Of a DNA stretch of 64,000 nucleotides, positions 1-9,493 are shown piece after piece. The notes under the pieces were generated by a model. That model made no database searches and was not told the DNA's origin. It saw only the letters and a program-made list of their open reading frames with translations. How positions within the stretch are numbered: the stretch's first letter is position 1; each line of letters begins with the position of its first letter. The DNA comes from Thermodesulfobacteriota bacterium (lineage in GTDB: Bacteria; Desulfobacterota; Desulfovibrionia; Desulfovibrionales; Desulfothermaceae). The translations under genes and the position numbers were made by a program. The stretch lies in NCBI GenBank assembly GCA_051749205.1, contig JBNJII010000002.1:30654-94653 (forward strand), given 5' to 3'.

Positions 1-722
1 CCCTTAACCAGGGCGATATGGGTATAGTCGTCTATATCCGACTCATAGGCAATGGCCCGGAAGTTCCCATAGCAGGTGGGCAGCTCAGCTTCCCCCACAG
101 CCTGTACCAGGGAATCAAACTTGGAACGGTAGCGGATGAGGTCTTCTATGGTGGCGATCTTCAATCCATGCTCCTGAGCAAAGACCTCCAGATCAGGCAT
201 GCGGGCCATGTTCCCATCGTCACGCATGATCTCGCAAATAACCGCAGCCGGCTTCAATCCGGCCAGCTTGCTCAAATCCACACTGCCCTCGGTCTGCCCG
301 GCCCGGACCAGAACTCCTCCCTTGCGGGCCCGCAAAGGGAACATGTGGCCGGGGGTAGATATGTCTTCAGGCTGCACTCGGTCCTGGACAGCGGTGAGGA
401 TGGTTGTGGCCCGGTCATAGGCAGAGATACCAGTGGTCACTCCCTTGGCCGCCTCTATAGACACTGTAAAGGCAGTGCCGAAACGGGATTCGTTGCGCCT
501 TGGCTGCATGGGCAGCTCCAGCTTGTCCACCCATTCCGGAGCCATAGACAGGCAGATGAGTCCCCGACCGTACTTAGCCATGAAGTTTATGGCCTCTGGG
601 GTGACCTTTTCTGCGGCAATGGTCAAATCGCCCTCGTTCTCCCGGTCTTCATCGTCCACCAGGATCAGCATCCGGCCCTGTTTGATTTCCTCAATGGCCT
701 CTTCAGGAGTGCACTTGCTCAT
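1..722 (-). CDS. ribBA: bifunctional 3,4-dihydroxy-2-butanone-4-phosphate synthase / GTP cyclohydrolase II (3' end beyond window edge)
   Basis: Absent from the ORF track because it runs off the window. Hand reverse translation from the ATG at 722-720 gives [41 protein letters not shown] (DHBP synthase signature). It continues to ...[16 protein letters not shown] at the window edge. The 18..749 + ORF is its antisense shadow. It follows ribD-ribE. Confidence 0.9.
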   Translation of the reverse strand, partial: MSKCTPEEAIEEIKQGRMLILVDDEDRENEGDLTIAAEKVTPEAINFMAKYGRGLICLSMAPEWVDKLELPMQPRRNESRFGTAFTVSIEAAKGVTTGISAYDRATTILTAVQDRVQPEDISTPGHMFPLRARKGGVLVRAGQTEGSVDLSKLAGLKPAAVICEIMRDDGNMARMPDLEVFAQEHGLKIATIEDLIRYRSKFDSLVQAVGEAELPTCYGNFRAIAYESDIDDYTHIALVK

Positions 723-781
723 TTTCTTCTCCGCTTTTTTCTGAGGTGATATATTTTTCAGACTGGAGCTGGACACAGGCT

Positions 782-1441
782 CTACTCTCCAAAGCCGTGC
801 CGACGCAAAAAATCCATGCTCAACTCCGATGTCCTGTTCTGTTTTTCTTCCTGCCAGGGCTCGAGCATTTGCCGCACGTACTTGGCAATGAGGTCGACCT
901 CCATGTTCACCTGGGTCCCGGGACGCCATGTGGGCAGAGTCGTCTCCTTGAGGGTGGCCGGGATGATATTGACCTCCAAGAACCCATTGCCGCAGGCATT
1001 CACTGTCAGGCTGACCCCGTCCAGGGCGACAGAGCCTTTGGGCACAATAAACGCAGACCATTGGGGATCAAACCCGATACGATAGACCGTGGACTGCCCC
1101 GCCGGCTGCACCGACTCCACCTTGGCCAGACAATCGACATGTCCGCTGACCAGATGACCGCCCAGGCGGTCCTGTAAAGACAAGGCCCGTTCCAGATTCA
1201 CCGCGGCCCCGGTTCGCAGGCTTCCCAGGCTGGAGTGCTCCAGGGTCTCTGTGGAGGCGTACGCACCAAACCAGGGAGGGGAAAACTCCTCCACACTCAG
1301 ACAGACACCGTTGACCGCAATGCTTTCCCCCAGCTGCACGTCGGTCCAGGCAACTCGGGGGACTATGCGCATCCGGCGCTCGGACCCCGAGTCGGTGAGG
1401 GCCTGAACACGACCCAGGCTGTTTATCAAACCGGTAAACAT
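782..1441 (-). CDS. ribE: riboflavin synthase alpha chain
   Basis: 219 aa with an MFTGLI..GRV N-terminus and two lumazine-binding repeats. It lies between ribD and ribBA. Confidence 0.93.
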   Translation of the reverse strand: MFTGLINSLGRVQALTDSGSERRMRIVPRVAWTDVQLGESIAVNGVCLSVEEFSPPWFGAYASTETLEHSSLGSLRTGAAVNLERALSLQDRLGGHLVSGHVDCLAKVESVQPAGQSTVYRIGFDPQWSAFIVPKGSVALDGVSLTVNACGNGFLEVNIIPATLKETTLPTWRPGTQVNMEVDLIAKYVRQMLEPWQEEKQNRTSELSMDFLRRHGFGE

Positions 1442-1474
1442 TTGATATCTACCATGTGTGTTTTTGCTTCCCTA

Positions 1475-2611
1475 TCACAAAGCCAAGGGCTCGCTTCCCT
1501 GACCTGAGTCCTCTTTTCTTCGGTACACCAGCCACATATCGTCGCCTACCGGCTCATGGCTGACCAAACGCCAATTTACAGCTTCATGCATACCCAGGGC
1601 TTTGCCTCCAGACAACACGCTCACCCCTTCATCGTCACCTAACACCTTGGGTCCCAGAACCATATGCAACTCATCAACCACATTGGATTGAATGAGGCTC
1701 ATGCCCAGTCTCCCCCCGCCCTCACAAAGTAGCTCGGTGCAGCCCAGATCCTGGTAAAGGCGTTGCAAAGCCTCCCTCATATCCAAGCCCCCTTCGAGTA
1801 TTTCAGGCAGTCCCCACACCGTAACTCCCAGATCGCCCAGTTTCCGGGCCGTGCTGGATGCAAGGCACATTTGGCTGGTCAAAAATATAAGCTCATGGGG
1901 GCGCTTTTGGAGCAGGAACACATCGGCATCCGGGGAGGGGAGATGGGTGGTGACCACGGCCGCCATGGGCTGTCCGCCCTGTTCCAGGCGGTTGGTCAAA
2001 CGCGGGTTGTCGGCCATCATGGTGCGCCCACCGACCATGACCACTTGAGAGCCAGCGCGCAGGGAGTGCACCCGCCTCCTGGCTTGCTCTCCGGTCACCC
2101 AGGCTGAATGTCCGGTCCGGGTGGCGATGCGCCCATCCAGAGTGGTCGCCAGCTTGAGTCGGACATACGATCTGTGACTCAGGGTCCAGGCTGTAAAATC
2201 GGAAATGAGGTCCAAGCAGGCCGGTTCTTCCTCGCCCACAGTGACCTCAACTCCATGCCGCCGCAGCCGCTCTGCACCACCTCCGGCCACATCGGGATTG
2301 GGATCCAGGGTACCTATAATCACCCGGGAAATGCCGGAATCCAATATGGTTTGGGTACAGGGCGGAGTGCGCCCTTGATGGTTGCAGGGTTCCAGGGTCA
2401 CCCAGAGAGTGAGCTCAGTCAAGTCCCAGCCCTTGTCTCTGGCCTGGGTCAGGGCCTCCACTTCGGCATGGGGCAATCCCGGCCCCTTGTGCCAGCCAAC
2501 GGCCGCAACCAGTCCCCCCTTGGTCAGCACAGCCCCCACACAGGGATTGGGCGCGGTCTGCCCCTTGGCCTGGAGGGCCAAGCGCACTGCGTGGAGCATG
2601 AAAGAGGTCAT
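1475..2611 (-). CDS. ribD: bifunctional diaminohydroxyphosphoribosylaminopyrimidine deaminase / 5-amino-6-(5-phosphoribosylamino)uracil reductase
   Basis: 378 aa. It has the cytidine-deaminase zinc motifs HAE...PCNHQGRTPPC, followed by a reductase domain. Confidence 0.93.
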   Translation of the reverse strand: MTSFMLHAVRLALQAKGQTAPNPCVGAVLTKGGLVAAVGWHKGPGLPHAEVEALTQARDKGWDLTELTLWVTLEPCNHQGRTPPCTQTILDSGISRVIIGTLDPNPDVAGGGAERLRRHGVEVTVGEEEPACLDLISDFTAWTLSHRSYVRLKLATTLDGRIATRTGHSAWVTGEQARRRVHSLRAGSQVVMVGGRTMMADNPRLTNRLEQGGQPMAAVVTTHLPSPDADVFLLQKRPHELIFLTSQMCLASSTARKLGDLGVTVWGLPEILEGGLDMREALQRLYQDLGCTELLCEGGGRLGMSLIQSNVVDELHMVLGPKVLGDDEGVSVLSGGKALGMHEAVNWRLVSHEPVGDDMWLVYRRKEDSGQGSEPLAL

Positions 2612-2612
2612 A

Positions 2613-2678
2613 GTTCAGCTTTGCCTCCGGCAAATCTGAAATATTTTTTGCCCCAAAGCGGGCAAAAAAGAAAATTTT
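2613..2678 (+). repeat. dispersed palindromic element, copy A (two hairpins), abutting the ribD start
   Basis: GTTCAGCTTTGCCTCCGGCAAATCTGAAATATTTTTTGCCCCAAAGCGGGCAAAAAAGAAAATTTT aligns over about 65 nt with the reverse complement of 31588..31648, with a few mismatches and a 1-nt gap. Confidence 0.85.
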
Positions 2679-2828
2679 CCGTATTGATCATACATGAAAC
2701 ATACCAAACGAACTGCGCCCAACTCCAAATTGAGAGAAAGATAATCCCAGCCCTCTTCGTCCTGCCAGGCTGGGATCCTGACAAAAAGATCGGTGATTTC
2801 AAAAAAAAACCTCAGCCCAGGCACATTC

Positions 2829-3350
2829 TCATTTTGGCTCCAAGTCCTTGAGTTCCAAACGCTCAAACCTTACCCCGGCCTCGCTGAGCATGTCCGCGGC
2901 CAGATCGTCCGGATAGCCTTGGGCGAAATATATCTTGGTAAATTGACAATTGATGAGCATCTTGGAGCAGATCAGGCACGGCTGAGTGGTGCAGAAAAGC
3001 TCGGCACCGCGAAGGGCAATACCGTGCACGGCTGCTTGAATAATAACGTTTTGCTCGGCGTGCAGACCGCGACAGAGCTCATGCCGCTGTCCGGATGGAA
3101 TATCCATTTCTTCGCGCAGACATCCCTGATCCAGACAGTGCGCCAGTCCGGAAGGAGCACCGTTGTAACCGGTGCACAGGATGCGCTTGTCTTTGACCGC
3201 CACAGCCCCCACCTTGCGCCGCAGGCAGGTTGAACGCTCGGCCACCAAAAAGCTAATGCGCATGAAGTATTCAGGCCAGGGCAGTCGTTGACGCACAAGG
3301 AGGTCCCTTTCTCTGTTTTCCCTCCAGTCTTTGCCCGAGGGATCACCCAT
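2829..3350 (-). CDS. comEB: dCMP deaminase (ComEB family)
   Basis: Motifs [22 protein letters not shown] and [10 protein letters not shown] chose the start at Met56 of the 228-aa ORF (ATG 3350); it overlaps the fabF stop by 8 nt. The longer ORF would run into fabF. Confidence 0.85.
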   Translation of the reverse strand: MGDPSGKDWRENRERDLLVRQRLPWPEYFMRISFLVAERSTCLRRKVGAVAVKDKRILCTGYNGAPSGLAHCLDQGCLREEMDIPSGQRHELCRGLHAEQNVIIQAAVHGIALRGAELFCTTQPCLICSKMLINCQFTKIYFAQGYPDDLAADMLSEAGVRFERLELKDLEPK

Positions 3351-4590
3351 CAAAGCGCTGAAACAAGATACAGGCGTTGGTTCCGCCGAAACCGAAGGAA
3401 TTGCACAAGACCGTGCCCACCTCCTCCTTTCTGGATCCCTCGGCCACGTAGTCCAGGTCACACTCCGGATCCGGATGTTTGAGGTTGACTGTCCCGGGAA
3501 TCGTCTTCCGGTCAAGGGTCATAAGACTGAATACGCTCTCAATACCCCCGGCAGCGCCCAGGGAGTGGCCGATCATGGATTTATTGGCGGTCACACTAAG
3601 TTTATAGGCATGGCCGCCGAAGACATCCTTGATGGCCCGGGTCTCGCAAAGGTCGTTCCACGGCGTGGAAGTGCCGTGGGCATTTATGTGCTCCACCTGC
3701 TCTACATCCAGCTCCGACTCGGTAATGGCCGCATTCATAGCCTGGGCCATGCCGGCACCACTCTCGTCTGGAGCCGTGATATGATAGGCATCGGCAGACG
3801 CCCCAAACCCCAGAACTTCCCCGTATATTGTCGCCCCTCGCTCTTGGGCATGCTCCAGTTCCTCCAGGAGAAGAAACCCGCATCCCTCGGCAATGACAAA
3901 TCCATCCCGGTCCTGATCAAAGGGCCTGGAGGCCTCTTCCGGCTTATCGTTGCGCACGGAAAGGGCGCGCATGGCATTAAAGCCAGATACAGCCATTGGG
4001 GTAATCGTCGACTCCACTCCCCCACAGATCATGGCTTTCACCCGGCCCAGCTTGATGTCGGAAAAGGCATAGCCGATACTGTGCACCCCGGATGCGCAGG
4101 CCGAGGTTGTGACCAGGTTCGGTCCTTTTGCCTTGGTGAATATGGCGATCTGCCCGGCAGCGATATTGGAGATCAGCTTGGGAATGTAAAATGGAGATAC
4201 CCGGGAAGGGCCCTTTTTGATCAATCGGGTGTGAAATTCCTCGATGGTTTCCAGTCCTCCCAGGCCACAGCCAAGCAAGATCCCTACCTCTTTGGAGCCG
4301 ACCTCAGGATCGATGGCCAGGCCGGAATGGGCCAAGAGCATGCTTGATCCGGCCACAGCAAAGAGGTTGAACCGGTCCATGCGCTGAATCTGCTTACGGG
4401 GAACATAATGAGTGGGATCAAAATCTTTGACTTCACCGGCAATTTTGGAGCTGAAATCGGTACAGTCAAACCGGGTGATCCCCCCGATTCCCGACTCGCC
4501 GGCCACCAGTTTGGCCCAGCTTTCCTCCAGGGTATTGCCCAAGGGGGTAATGGCTGACATGCCGGTAACAACTACTCGTTTTCCAACCAT
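3343..4590 (-). CDS. fabF: beta-ketoacyl-ACP synthase II
   Basis: 415 aa, [15 protein letters not shown]-terminus, active-site ACASG, HGTSTP and GFGGTNA motifs. It lies downstream of acpP. Confidence 0.95.
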   Translation of the reverse strand: MVGKRVVVTGMSAITPLGNTLEESWAKLVAGESGIGGITRFDCTDFSSKIAGEVKDFDPTHYVPRKQIQRMDRFNLFAVAGSSMLLAHSGLAIDPEVGSKEVGILLGCGLGGLETIEEFHTRLIKKGPSRVSPFYIPKLISNIAAGQIAIFTKAKGPNLVTTSACASGVHSIGYAFSDIKLGRVKAMICGGVESTITPMAVSGFNAMRALSVRNDKPEEASRPFDQDRDGFVIAEGCGFLLLEELEHAQERGATIYGEVLGFGASADAYHITAPDESGAGMAQAMNAAITESELDVEQVEHINAHGTSTPWNDLCETRAIKDVFGGHAYKLSVTANKSMIGHSLGAAGGIESVFSLMTLDRKTIPGTVNLKHPDPECDLDYVAEGSRKEEVGTVLCNSFGFGGTNACILFQRFDG

Positions 4591-4805
4591 GAAGATAAAC
4601 TCATTGATTGAGGTTTGTAATAGATGTGACGCACAGAATCAAAGGACCGCTTTTACCCTGGGCCGAAAACCCGATCATCCCCGCATGTGCGGAGATGACC
4701 GGCATAACTCCCATCTCCCTGATACACTGTACGGATCCGCATACCACTGCTGCCTGCATCCCGACTCCCGGCTCTTTGTGCGGACAGCTTGTCCCTTGTG
4801 GGCCG

Positions 4806-5042
4806 TCAGGCTGCTTGCCGACTCTGAATATACTTTATGGCGTCATTCACGGTTCGCAGATTCTGCGCTTCCTCATCGTCGATTTCCAGCCCGAACTCGT
4901 CCTCCATGGCCATGATCAACTCGGTCAGATCCAGAGAATCTGCTCCCAGATCATCAACAAAATTGGCCTCTGGCACAACTTCGCTCTCAGCCACGTCCAA
5001 TTGTTCGGCAACGATATTCTTTATTTTCTCCAATACTGCCAT
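4806..5042 (-). CDS. acpP: acyl carrier protein
   Basis: 78 aa with the DLGADSLD phosphopantetheine attachment motif. Confidence 0.97.
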   Translation of the reverse strand: MAVLEKIKNIVAEQLDVAESEVVPEANFVDDLGADSLDLTELIMAMEDEFGLEIDDEEAQNLRTVNDAIKYIQSRQAA

Positions 5043-5073
5043 GTTTCCTCCTCAAGCACTTTTTTTGGCGTCG

Positions 5074-5817
5074 TTACTGATAGAGTCCTCCATTGACTCC
5101 GATGACTTGGCCTGTCACATAACCAGCCCGTTCAGAGGCCAGCCAGGCCACTGTCTCGGCCACATCCTCAGGACGTCCGAACCGTCCCAGGGGAATCCTG
5201 GCCAGATATGCATCCCGGACCTGAGGCTCCAGGGCCTCGGTCATTTCTGTGGCGATGAAACCAGGAGCCACGGCATTGACTGTAATGTTCCGCGGAGCCA
5301 GTTCCATGGCCGCCGCCTTCGTCAATCCGATAAGCCCGGCCTTTGACGAACAATAATTGGCCTGCCCCGGATTGCCGGACTGCCCGACCACAGAGGTGAT
5401 GTTCACAATGCGTCCGGAGCGCTGTCTGACCATGATCTTGGCCGCCTCCTGCAAACAGGCGAAGGCACCGTCCAGATTCACCTTCAACACCTGCTCCCAA
5501 TCTGCGGGCTTCATGCGCAGCAAAAGGCCGTCCTTGGTCACTCCGGCGTTATTCACCAAAAGGCCGAGATTGACCTGACCCTTGATCGATTCCCGAAAAA
5601 ACGTCGCCACTGCCTCCCGGTCGCTCACATCCAGAGCAAAGGCCTTGGCCGAGCCGCCGTCTGCTCCAATTGCAGCACAGACCTCCTGGGCCAAATCAGG
5701 CTGGCTGGAGTAGGTCAAGTACACCTGCCATCCGTAATCGGCCAAAACTGTTGCTATGGCTCGGCCGATCCCCCGAGTCCCTCCGGTGACAATGGCTGTA
5801 GTTGTATTTTCTGTCAT
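5074..5817 (-). CDS. fabG: 3-oxoacyl-ACP reductase
   Basis: 247 aa SDR with TGGTRGIGRAIA, NNAG and YCSSKAG motifs, in the fab cluster. Confidence 0.93.
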   Translation of the reverse strand: MTENTTTAIVTGGTRGIGRAIATVLADYGWQVYLTYSSQPDLAQEVCAAIGADGGSAKAFALDVSDREAVATFFRESIKGQVNLGLLVNNAGVTKDGLLLRMKPADWEQVLKVNLDGAFACLQEAAKIMVRQRSGRIVNITSVVGQSGNPGQANYCSSKAGLIGLTKAAAMELAPRNITVNAVAPGFIATEMTEALEPQVRDAYLARIPLGRFGRPEDVAETVAWLASERAGYVTGQVIGVNGGLYQ

Positions 5818-5831
5818 AGCGGTGCGCCCTT

Positions 5832-6830
5832 TTAAAACTGCAGTAAGGTGGCCCCCCAGGTCAAACCTGCTCCAAATGAGACCAGAAGGACTTTATTACC
5901 GGGCTTGATCCGTCCCAAGGAAGCAGCTTCGCCCAAACCGATGCCCACAGAAGCCGCAGAGGTGTTTCCATACCGATCTACGTTTACATAAACCTTGTTC
6001 ATAGGGCAAATCAACTTTTTGGCCAAGGCCTCGATGATGCGCATATTGGCTTGGTGGGGTATAAACAGATCGATATCCGCAATATCCAACCCGTTTCTTT
6101 CCAAAAGCTTCCAGGTCAGCTCGGCCATGCCCCGAACCGCGTGCCGGAAAAGTTCACGTCCTTTCATCTGGATAAAATAGTCTTCACCCACCTCTTGACC
6201 CAAAAAGTAGGGCCGGGCTGAACTCCCTTCCTGCCCCACAGGCAAAAGACCGCCCAGATTCCCGTCCGCCCGGAGCAACGTGTCTACAATGCGCGGATGA
6301 TCGCCTCCCTGGGCGGAGACTATGGCCGCTCCAGCTCCGTCGCCGAACAACACGCATGTATTCCGGTCCTGAAAATTCACCCTGGACGTACACACCTCGC
6401 TGCCTACAACCAAGACAGCAGCCTCCGGGCATATGGCCACAAGTCCCCGAGCCGTGTCCAGGCCATAGGTAAACCCAGAGCACCCAGCAGCCAAGTCCAT
6501 GGCCATCATACAGGAATCGGCCCCCAGCTTTTTCTGAAGCACACAGGCTGTTGTGGGCGTGCAGTAATCCGGGGTGAATGTGGCGACCAGGATGTGGGTG
6601 AGCTCATCGGCCTGCATCCCGGCATGCTCCAGGGCCTGTTTGGAAGCCTGCAGAGCCAAGTCGGAACAGGCTTGGCCCTGGCTGACTATACGGCGTTCTT
6701 TGATGCCTGTCCGGGTAGTGATCCATTCGTCGGATGTTTCCACCATGCCTTCCAAGGCAACATTGGACAGCACCCGTTCCGGGACATAGTAGCCAAAGCC
6801 TAAAAGATACGATTGGGTATGCATATTCAT
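5832..6830 (-). CDS. fabH: beta-ketoacyl-ACP synthase III
   Basis: 332 aa with AAGCSGF active-site Cys, HQAN and GNTSAAS motifs. Confidence 0.93.
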   Translation of the reverse strand: MNMHTQSYLLGFGYYVPERVLSNVALEGMVETSDEWITTRTGIKERRIVSQGQACSDLALQASKQALEHAGMQADELTHILVATFTPDYCTPTTACVLQKKLGADSCMMAMDLAAGCSGFTYGLDTARGLVAICPEAAVLVVGSEVCTSRVNFQDRNTCVLFGDGAGAAIVSAQGGDHPRIVDTLLRADGNLGGLLPVGQEGSSARPYFLGQEVGEDYFIQMKGRELFRHAVRGMAELTWKLLERNGLDIADIDLFIPHQANMRIIEALAKKLICPMNKVYVNVDRYGNTSAASVGIGLGEAASLGRIKPGNKVLLVSFGAGLTWGATLLQF

Positions 6831-6998
6831 GTAAGCGTGGGTTACGGCAACTCAACAACTGACACAACCGATTTGCTGGCGTCTGGTTCAGCTGGATATG
6901 CCTTGATGAGGCTGTGGCGGGTAGAGGGGGATGCATCCGAGGGCAAAATCTTCATATCCCAACAGGCTCCACAGGTTGTCACCGGGTCCACGGCTGCA

Positions 6999-8099
6999 TC
7001 ACGTTTCTTCCTGGGGCTCGTCGTTGTGACTCCCCCCTTTGCCAGAGGGGGTATGCAAAATGTGCTTGAGGCGATGAAAACGGGTTATTTCCGGGTGGGC
7101 TTCCAAGCCGCTGCGGATGTCGTCATTGGCTCTGTTTCTGATGTACATGCCGGCCATCTCCACCGTACTTTGAATGGCCCGGGTCCCGGAAGACCCATGA
7201 CAGACAAAGCAGGCCCCATTGAGTCCCAACAGGGGCGCTCCTCCATACTCCTCATAATCCAGTCGGCGACGGAAGCGCTTCAAAGCCGGCAAAGCCAGTA
7301 TAGACCCCAGTTTGGCCCAAAAACCCCGCCCCAACTCGGTGCGGAGCATATTGGAGAAGGCGGACCCCAACCCCTCGGACAGCTTGAGCACAACATTGCC
7401 CACAAAGCCGTCGCAGACTACGATATCCACATCTCCCTTGAATAGATCCCGCCCTTCTACATTGCCCACAAAATTCATGGACGTCCGAGCCAGGAGACCA
7501 TAGGCCTCATTGACCTGCACGTTGCCTTTGCCCTGCTCCTCCCCGATACTGAGTATCCCTACCTGCGGATTTTGGGTCTTGAGCACATTGGCCGCTAAGG
7601 CCTCGGCCATAATGGCGAATTGGACAAGATGCCGAGGTTTGGAATCTACATTGGCTCCCACATCAATAATGATCAAAGGCTTGTTTTCCCGGGGCAGAAT
7701 CGTGGCCAAACCGGGCCGCTCAATGCCTTTGATCCGCCCTAGGGCATACATGCCGCAGGCCAGGGTTACTCCGGTGTGGCCGGCACTGACCACTCCCTCC
7801 ACCTCTTTGTCTTTGGCTAAACTGAATGCAACCTGAATGGAGGTATCTTTTCTGCGCCGCAAAATATGCGAAGGCTTGTCCGCCATGCCGGCCACGTCAT
7901 CTGAGTGAACAATGTCCACATCAAGATCGGCGTACATCTGCTGGGCCAGCTCGGCCTCCAGAAGATCCTGTTTGCCCACAAACCGGACAGCAAGATCCCG
8001 GCGTCTGGCAGCCTGAAGTGTCCCTGAAACCATGACACTGGGACCATAATCACCGCCCATGGCGTCTATAGCAATGCAGGGTCGATTATTCCTCTCCAT
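6999..8099 (-). CDS. plsX: phosphate acyltransferase PlsX
   Basis: 366 aa with IAIDAMGGD N-terminus and FVGN..GRDLF and GGAPLLG motifs. The start overlaps the rpmF end by 14 nt, the classical rpmF-plsX arrangement. Confidence 0.94.
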   Translation of the reverse strand: MERNNRPCIAIDAMGGDYGPSVMVSGTLQAARRRDLAVRFVGKQDLLEAELAQQMYADLDVDIVHSDDVAGMADKPSHILRRRKDTSIQVAFSLAKDKEVEGVVSAGHTGVTLACGMYALGRIKGIERPGLATILPRENKPLIIIDVGANVDSKPRHLVQFAIMAEALAANVLKTQNPQVGILSIGEEQGKGNVQVNEAYGLLARTSMNFVGNVEGRDLFKGDVDIVVCDGFVGNVVLKLSEGLGSAFSNMLRTELGRGFWAKLGSILALPALKRFRRRLDYEEYGGAPLLGLNGACFVCHGSSGTRAIQSTVEMAGMYIRNRANDDIRSGLEAHPEITRFHRLKHILHTPSGKGGSHNDEPQEET

Positions 8100-8271
8100 C
8101 TCCGGTTCCTACCACCTGCCGTTCCCGATATGATCCGCAGGAAGGACAGATGCGATGCGACAAACGCGGCTCGCCGCAGGAACAGCTTATGACATTGGGT
8201 ACAGCCACTCTGTGGTGCGACCGGCGCATATTCTTTTTGGATTTTGAGGTCTTTTTCTTGGGTACAGCCAT
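8086..8271 (-). CDS. rpmF: 50S ribosomal protein L32 (Zn-ribbon form)
   Basis: MAVPKKKTSKSKKNMRRSH N-terminus, plus CSCG...CPSCG cysteines. Confidence 0.96.
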   Translation of the reverse strand: MAVPKKKTSKSKKNMRRSHHRVAVPNVISCSCGEPRLSHRICPSCGSYRERQVVGTGDGEE

Positions 8272-8340
8272 TGCTAGGCTCCTTCAAACTGTCAAAGTTA
8301 TTTTACCTTTTGTGCCGAAAGCTTCAGGTCGGTCCTTTTT

Positions 8341-8868
8341 TCAGGTCCCGCCCACGTGCAATCGGCGCAACACCTCCAGGCGAGGATCCGGGGCATCATG
8401 GTCACACCCGCAATCGCCGTGATTGAGGTTGGCACCGCACTGGGAGCAAATCCCCTGGCAATCTTCTGAACACAAGGGCTTGACCGGCAAGGCAAGGATG
8501 AATTGTTCCCATAAAACAGCAGCTAGGTCCAACTCCAGGCCGTGCCGCCCCTGCCGAAAGCGGTCATTGATTTCCTCCTCCTCACCCGGCTCCTGCACAG
8601 ATTCGAAGATATCGAAACGGGCATCCACAGCATAGGCCGCATTATCCGCGCACCGATCACAGGAAAAGGACACGCATCCTTGCAGATGTCCCTGGACAAG
8701 GAGTCCTTCGCCGTGAGGGGTGACCACAAGTTCTGCTGTCAAAGGCTCGGTTATGCCCGCCTGGATTTGGAACTCCGCCAAGGGATCGGTCCAGACGTTT
8801 TGATCGGATATTGTCAGCCGTCGGCCCTGATCCGGACAGTCGGCCACTGAAAACCATACATGTGCCAT
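8341..8868 (-). CDS. yceD: YceD/DUF177 family protein
   Basis: 175 aa, acidic, with C-terminal CSEDCQGICSQCGANLNHGDCGC cysteines. It sits in the conserved position upstream of rpmF-plsX. Confidence 0.85.
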   Translation of the reverse strand: MAHVWFSVADCPDQGRRLTISDQNVWTDPLAEFQIQAGITEPLTAELVVTPHGEGLLVQGHLQGCVSFSCDRCADNAAYAVDARFDIFESVQEPGEEEEINDRFRQGRHGLELDLAAVLWEQFILALPVKPLCSEDCQGICSQCGANLNHGDCGCDHDAPDPRLEVLRRLHVGGT

Positions 8869-9080
8869 GCTCGCCTCGTCAAACGGGTATCTTTACGTGC
8901 AGCTCGGTCATCTTGTCAAGACACGCAGGCTTGCCATTTTTTCCTGAAAGGGATAGTGTAAATGGCTTTGCGCCAAGACGCAAGATGCAGTCCTGTATAT
9001 CTGGAGCGGCCACACAGCTCAAACGTCCTTGAACACAAGGACGTATATAACTTACAAAAACTCAAGGGAGGATACATAGT

Positions 9081-9284
9081 ATGGCCAAACAATGCGCAGT
9101 TTGCGGGAAAAAACCCATGGTCGGTTTCAATATCAGCCATGCGAACAACAAAACAAAGCGTCGATTCAAACCCAACCTGCAGCGGGTCAAAACCCAGCTC
9201 CCATCGGGACAAGTTCAGCGGGTCGATGTCTGCACCCGTTGCTTACGCAGCGGTGAAGTGGTCAAGCCGGTTATCAGTGGATAA
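9081..9284 (+). CDS. rpmB: 50S ribosomal protein L28 (Zn-ribbon form)
   Basis: [34 protein letters not shown], an L28 signature, plus CxxC...CxxC. Confidence 0.96.
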   Translation: MAKQCAVCGKKPMVGFNISHANNKTKRRFKPNLQRVKTQLPSGQVQRVDVCTRCLRSGEVVKPVISG

Positions 9285-9303
9285 GCTGTGCAAAGGATGA
9301 CCA

Positions 9304-9393
9304 GTCATTGCCTGGCCCGGCCCACAACTGATGCGCAGAGAGATTCTCACAGGGCATGTCTGTGCCTATTGGACAGGCAGGTGTGGGCCGGGC
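9304..9393 (+). repeat. structured spacer carrying the GTCATTGCC module and a 12-bp long-range stem
   Basis: GTCATTGCCTGGCCCGG (9304-9320) matches the reverse complement of 18323-18339 at 16 of 17 positions. GCCCGGCCCACA (9315-9326) pairs perfectly with TGTGGGCCGGGC (9382-9393). Confidence 0.7.
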
Positions 9394-9493
9394 GATACGT
9401 ATTTGAGATCTCCTCTCCTCCCATGACAGGGCTTGTTGACTTTTGCTGTTCATAGCCAACAGTTTCAGTTCTGGCATTTTTCCATGCCTGCGC

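Noticed and set aside
18-749. 243-aa plus-strand ORF at the window start
   Set aside because: It is the antisense shadow of ribBA. The minus strand gives an unmistakable DHBP synthase/GTP cyclohydrolase II sequence, whereas this ORF has no recognisable motifs.
2612-2828. Expected FMN (RFN) riboswitch upstream of ribD
   Set aside because: I looked on the minus strand for the conserved FMN-element segments (GGGCGGGG...CCCACCGGCGGT-like, ...CCGGATG..GAAGA) and did not see them. The spacer instead contains the palindromic repeat element. An Infernal scan would be decisive.
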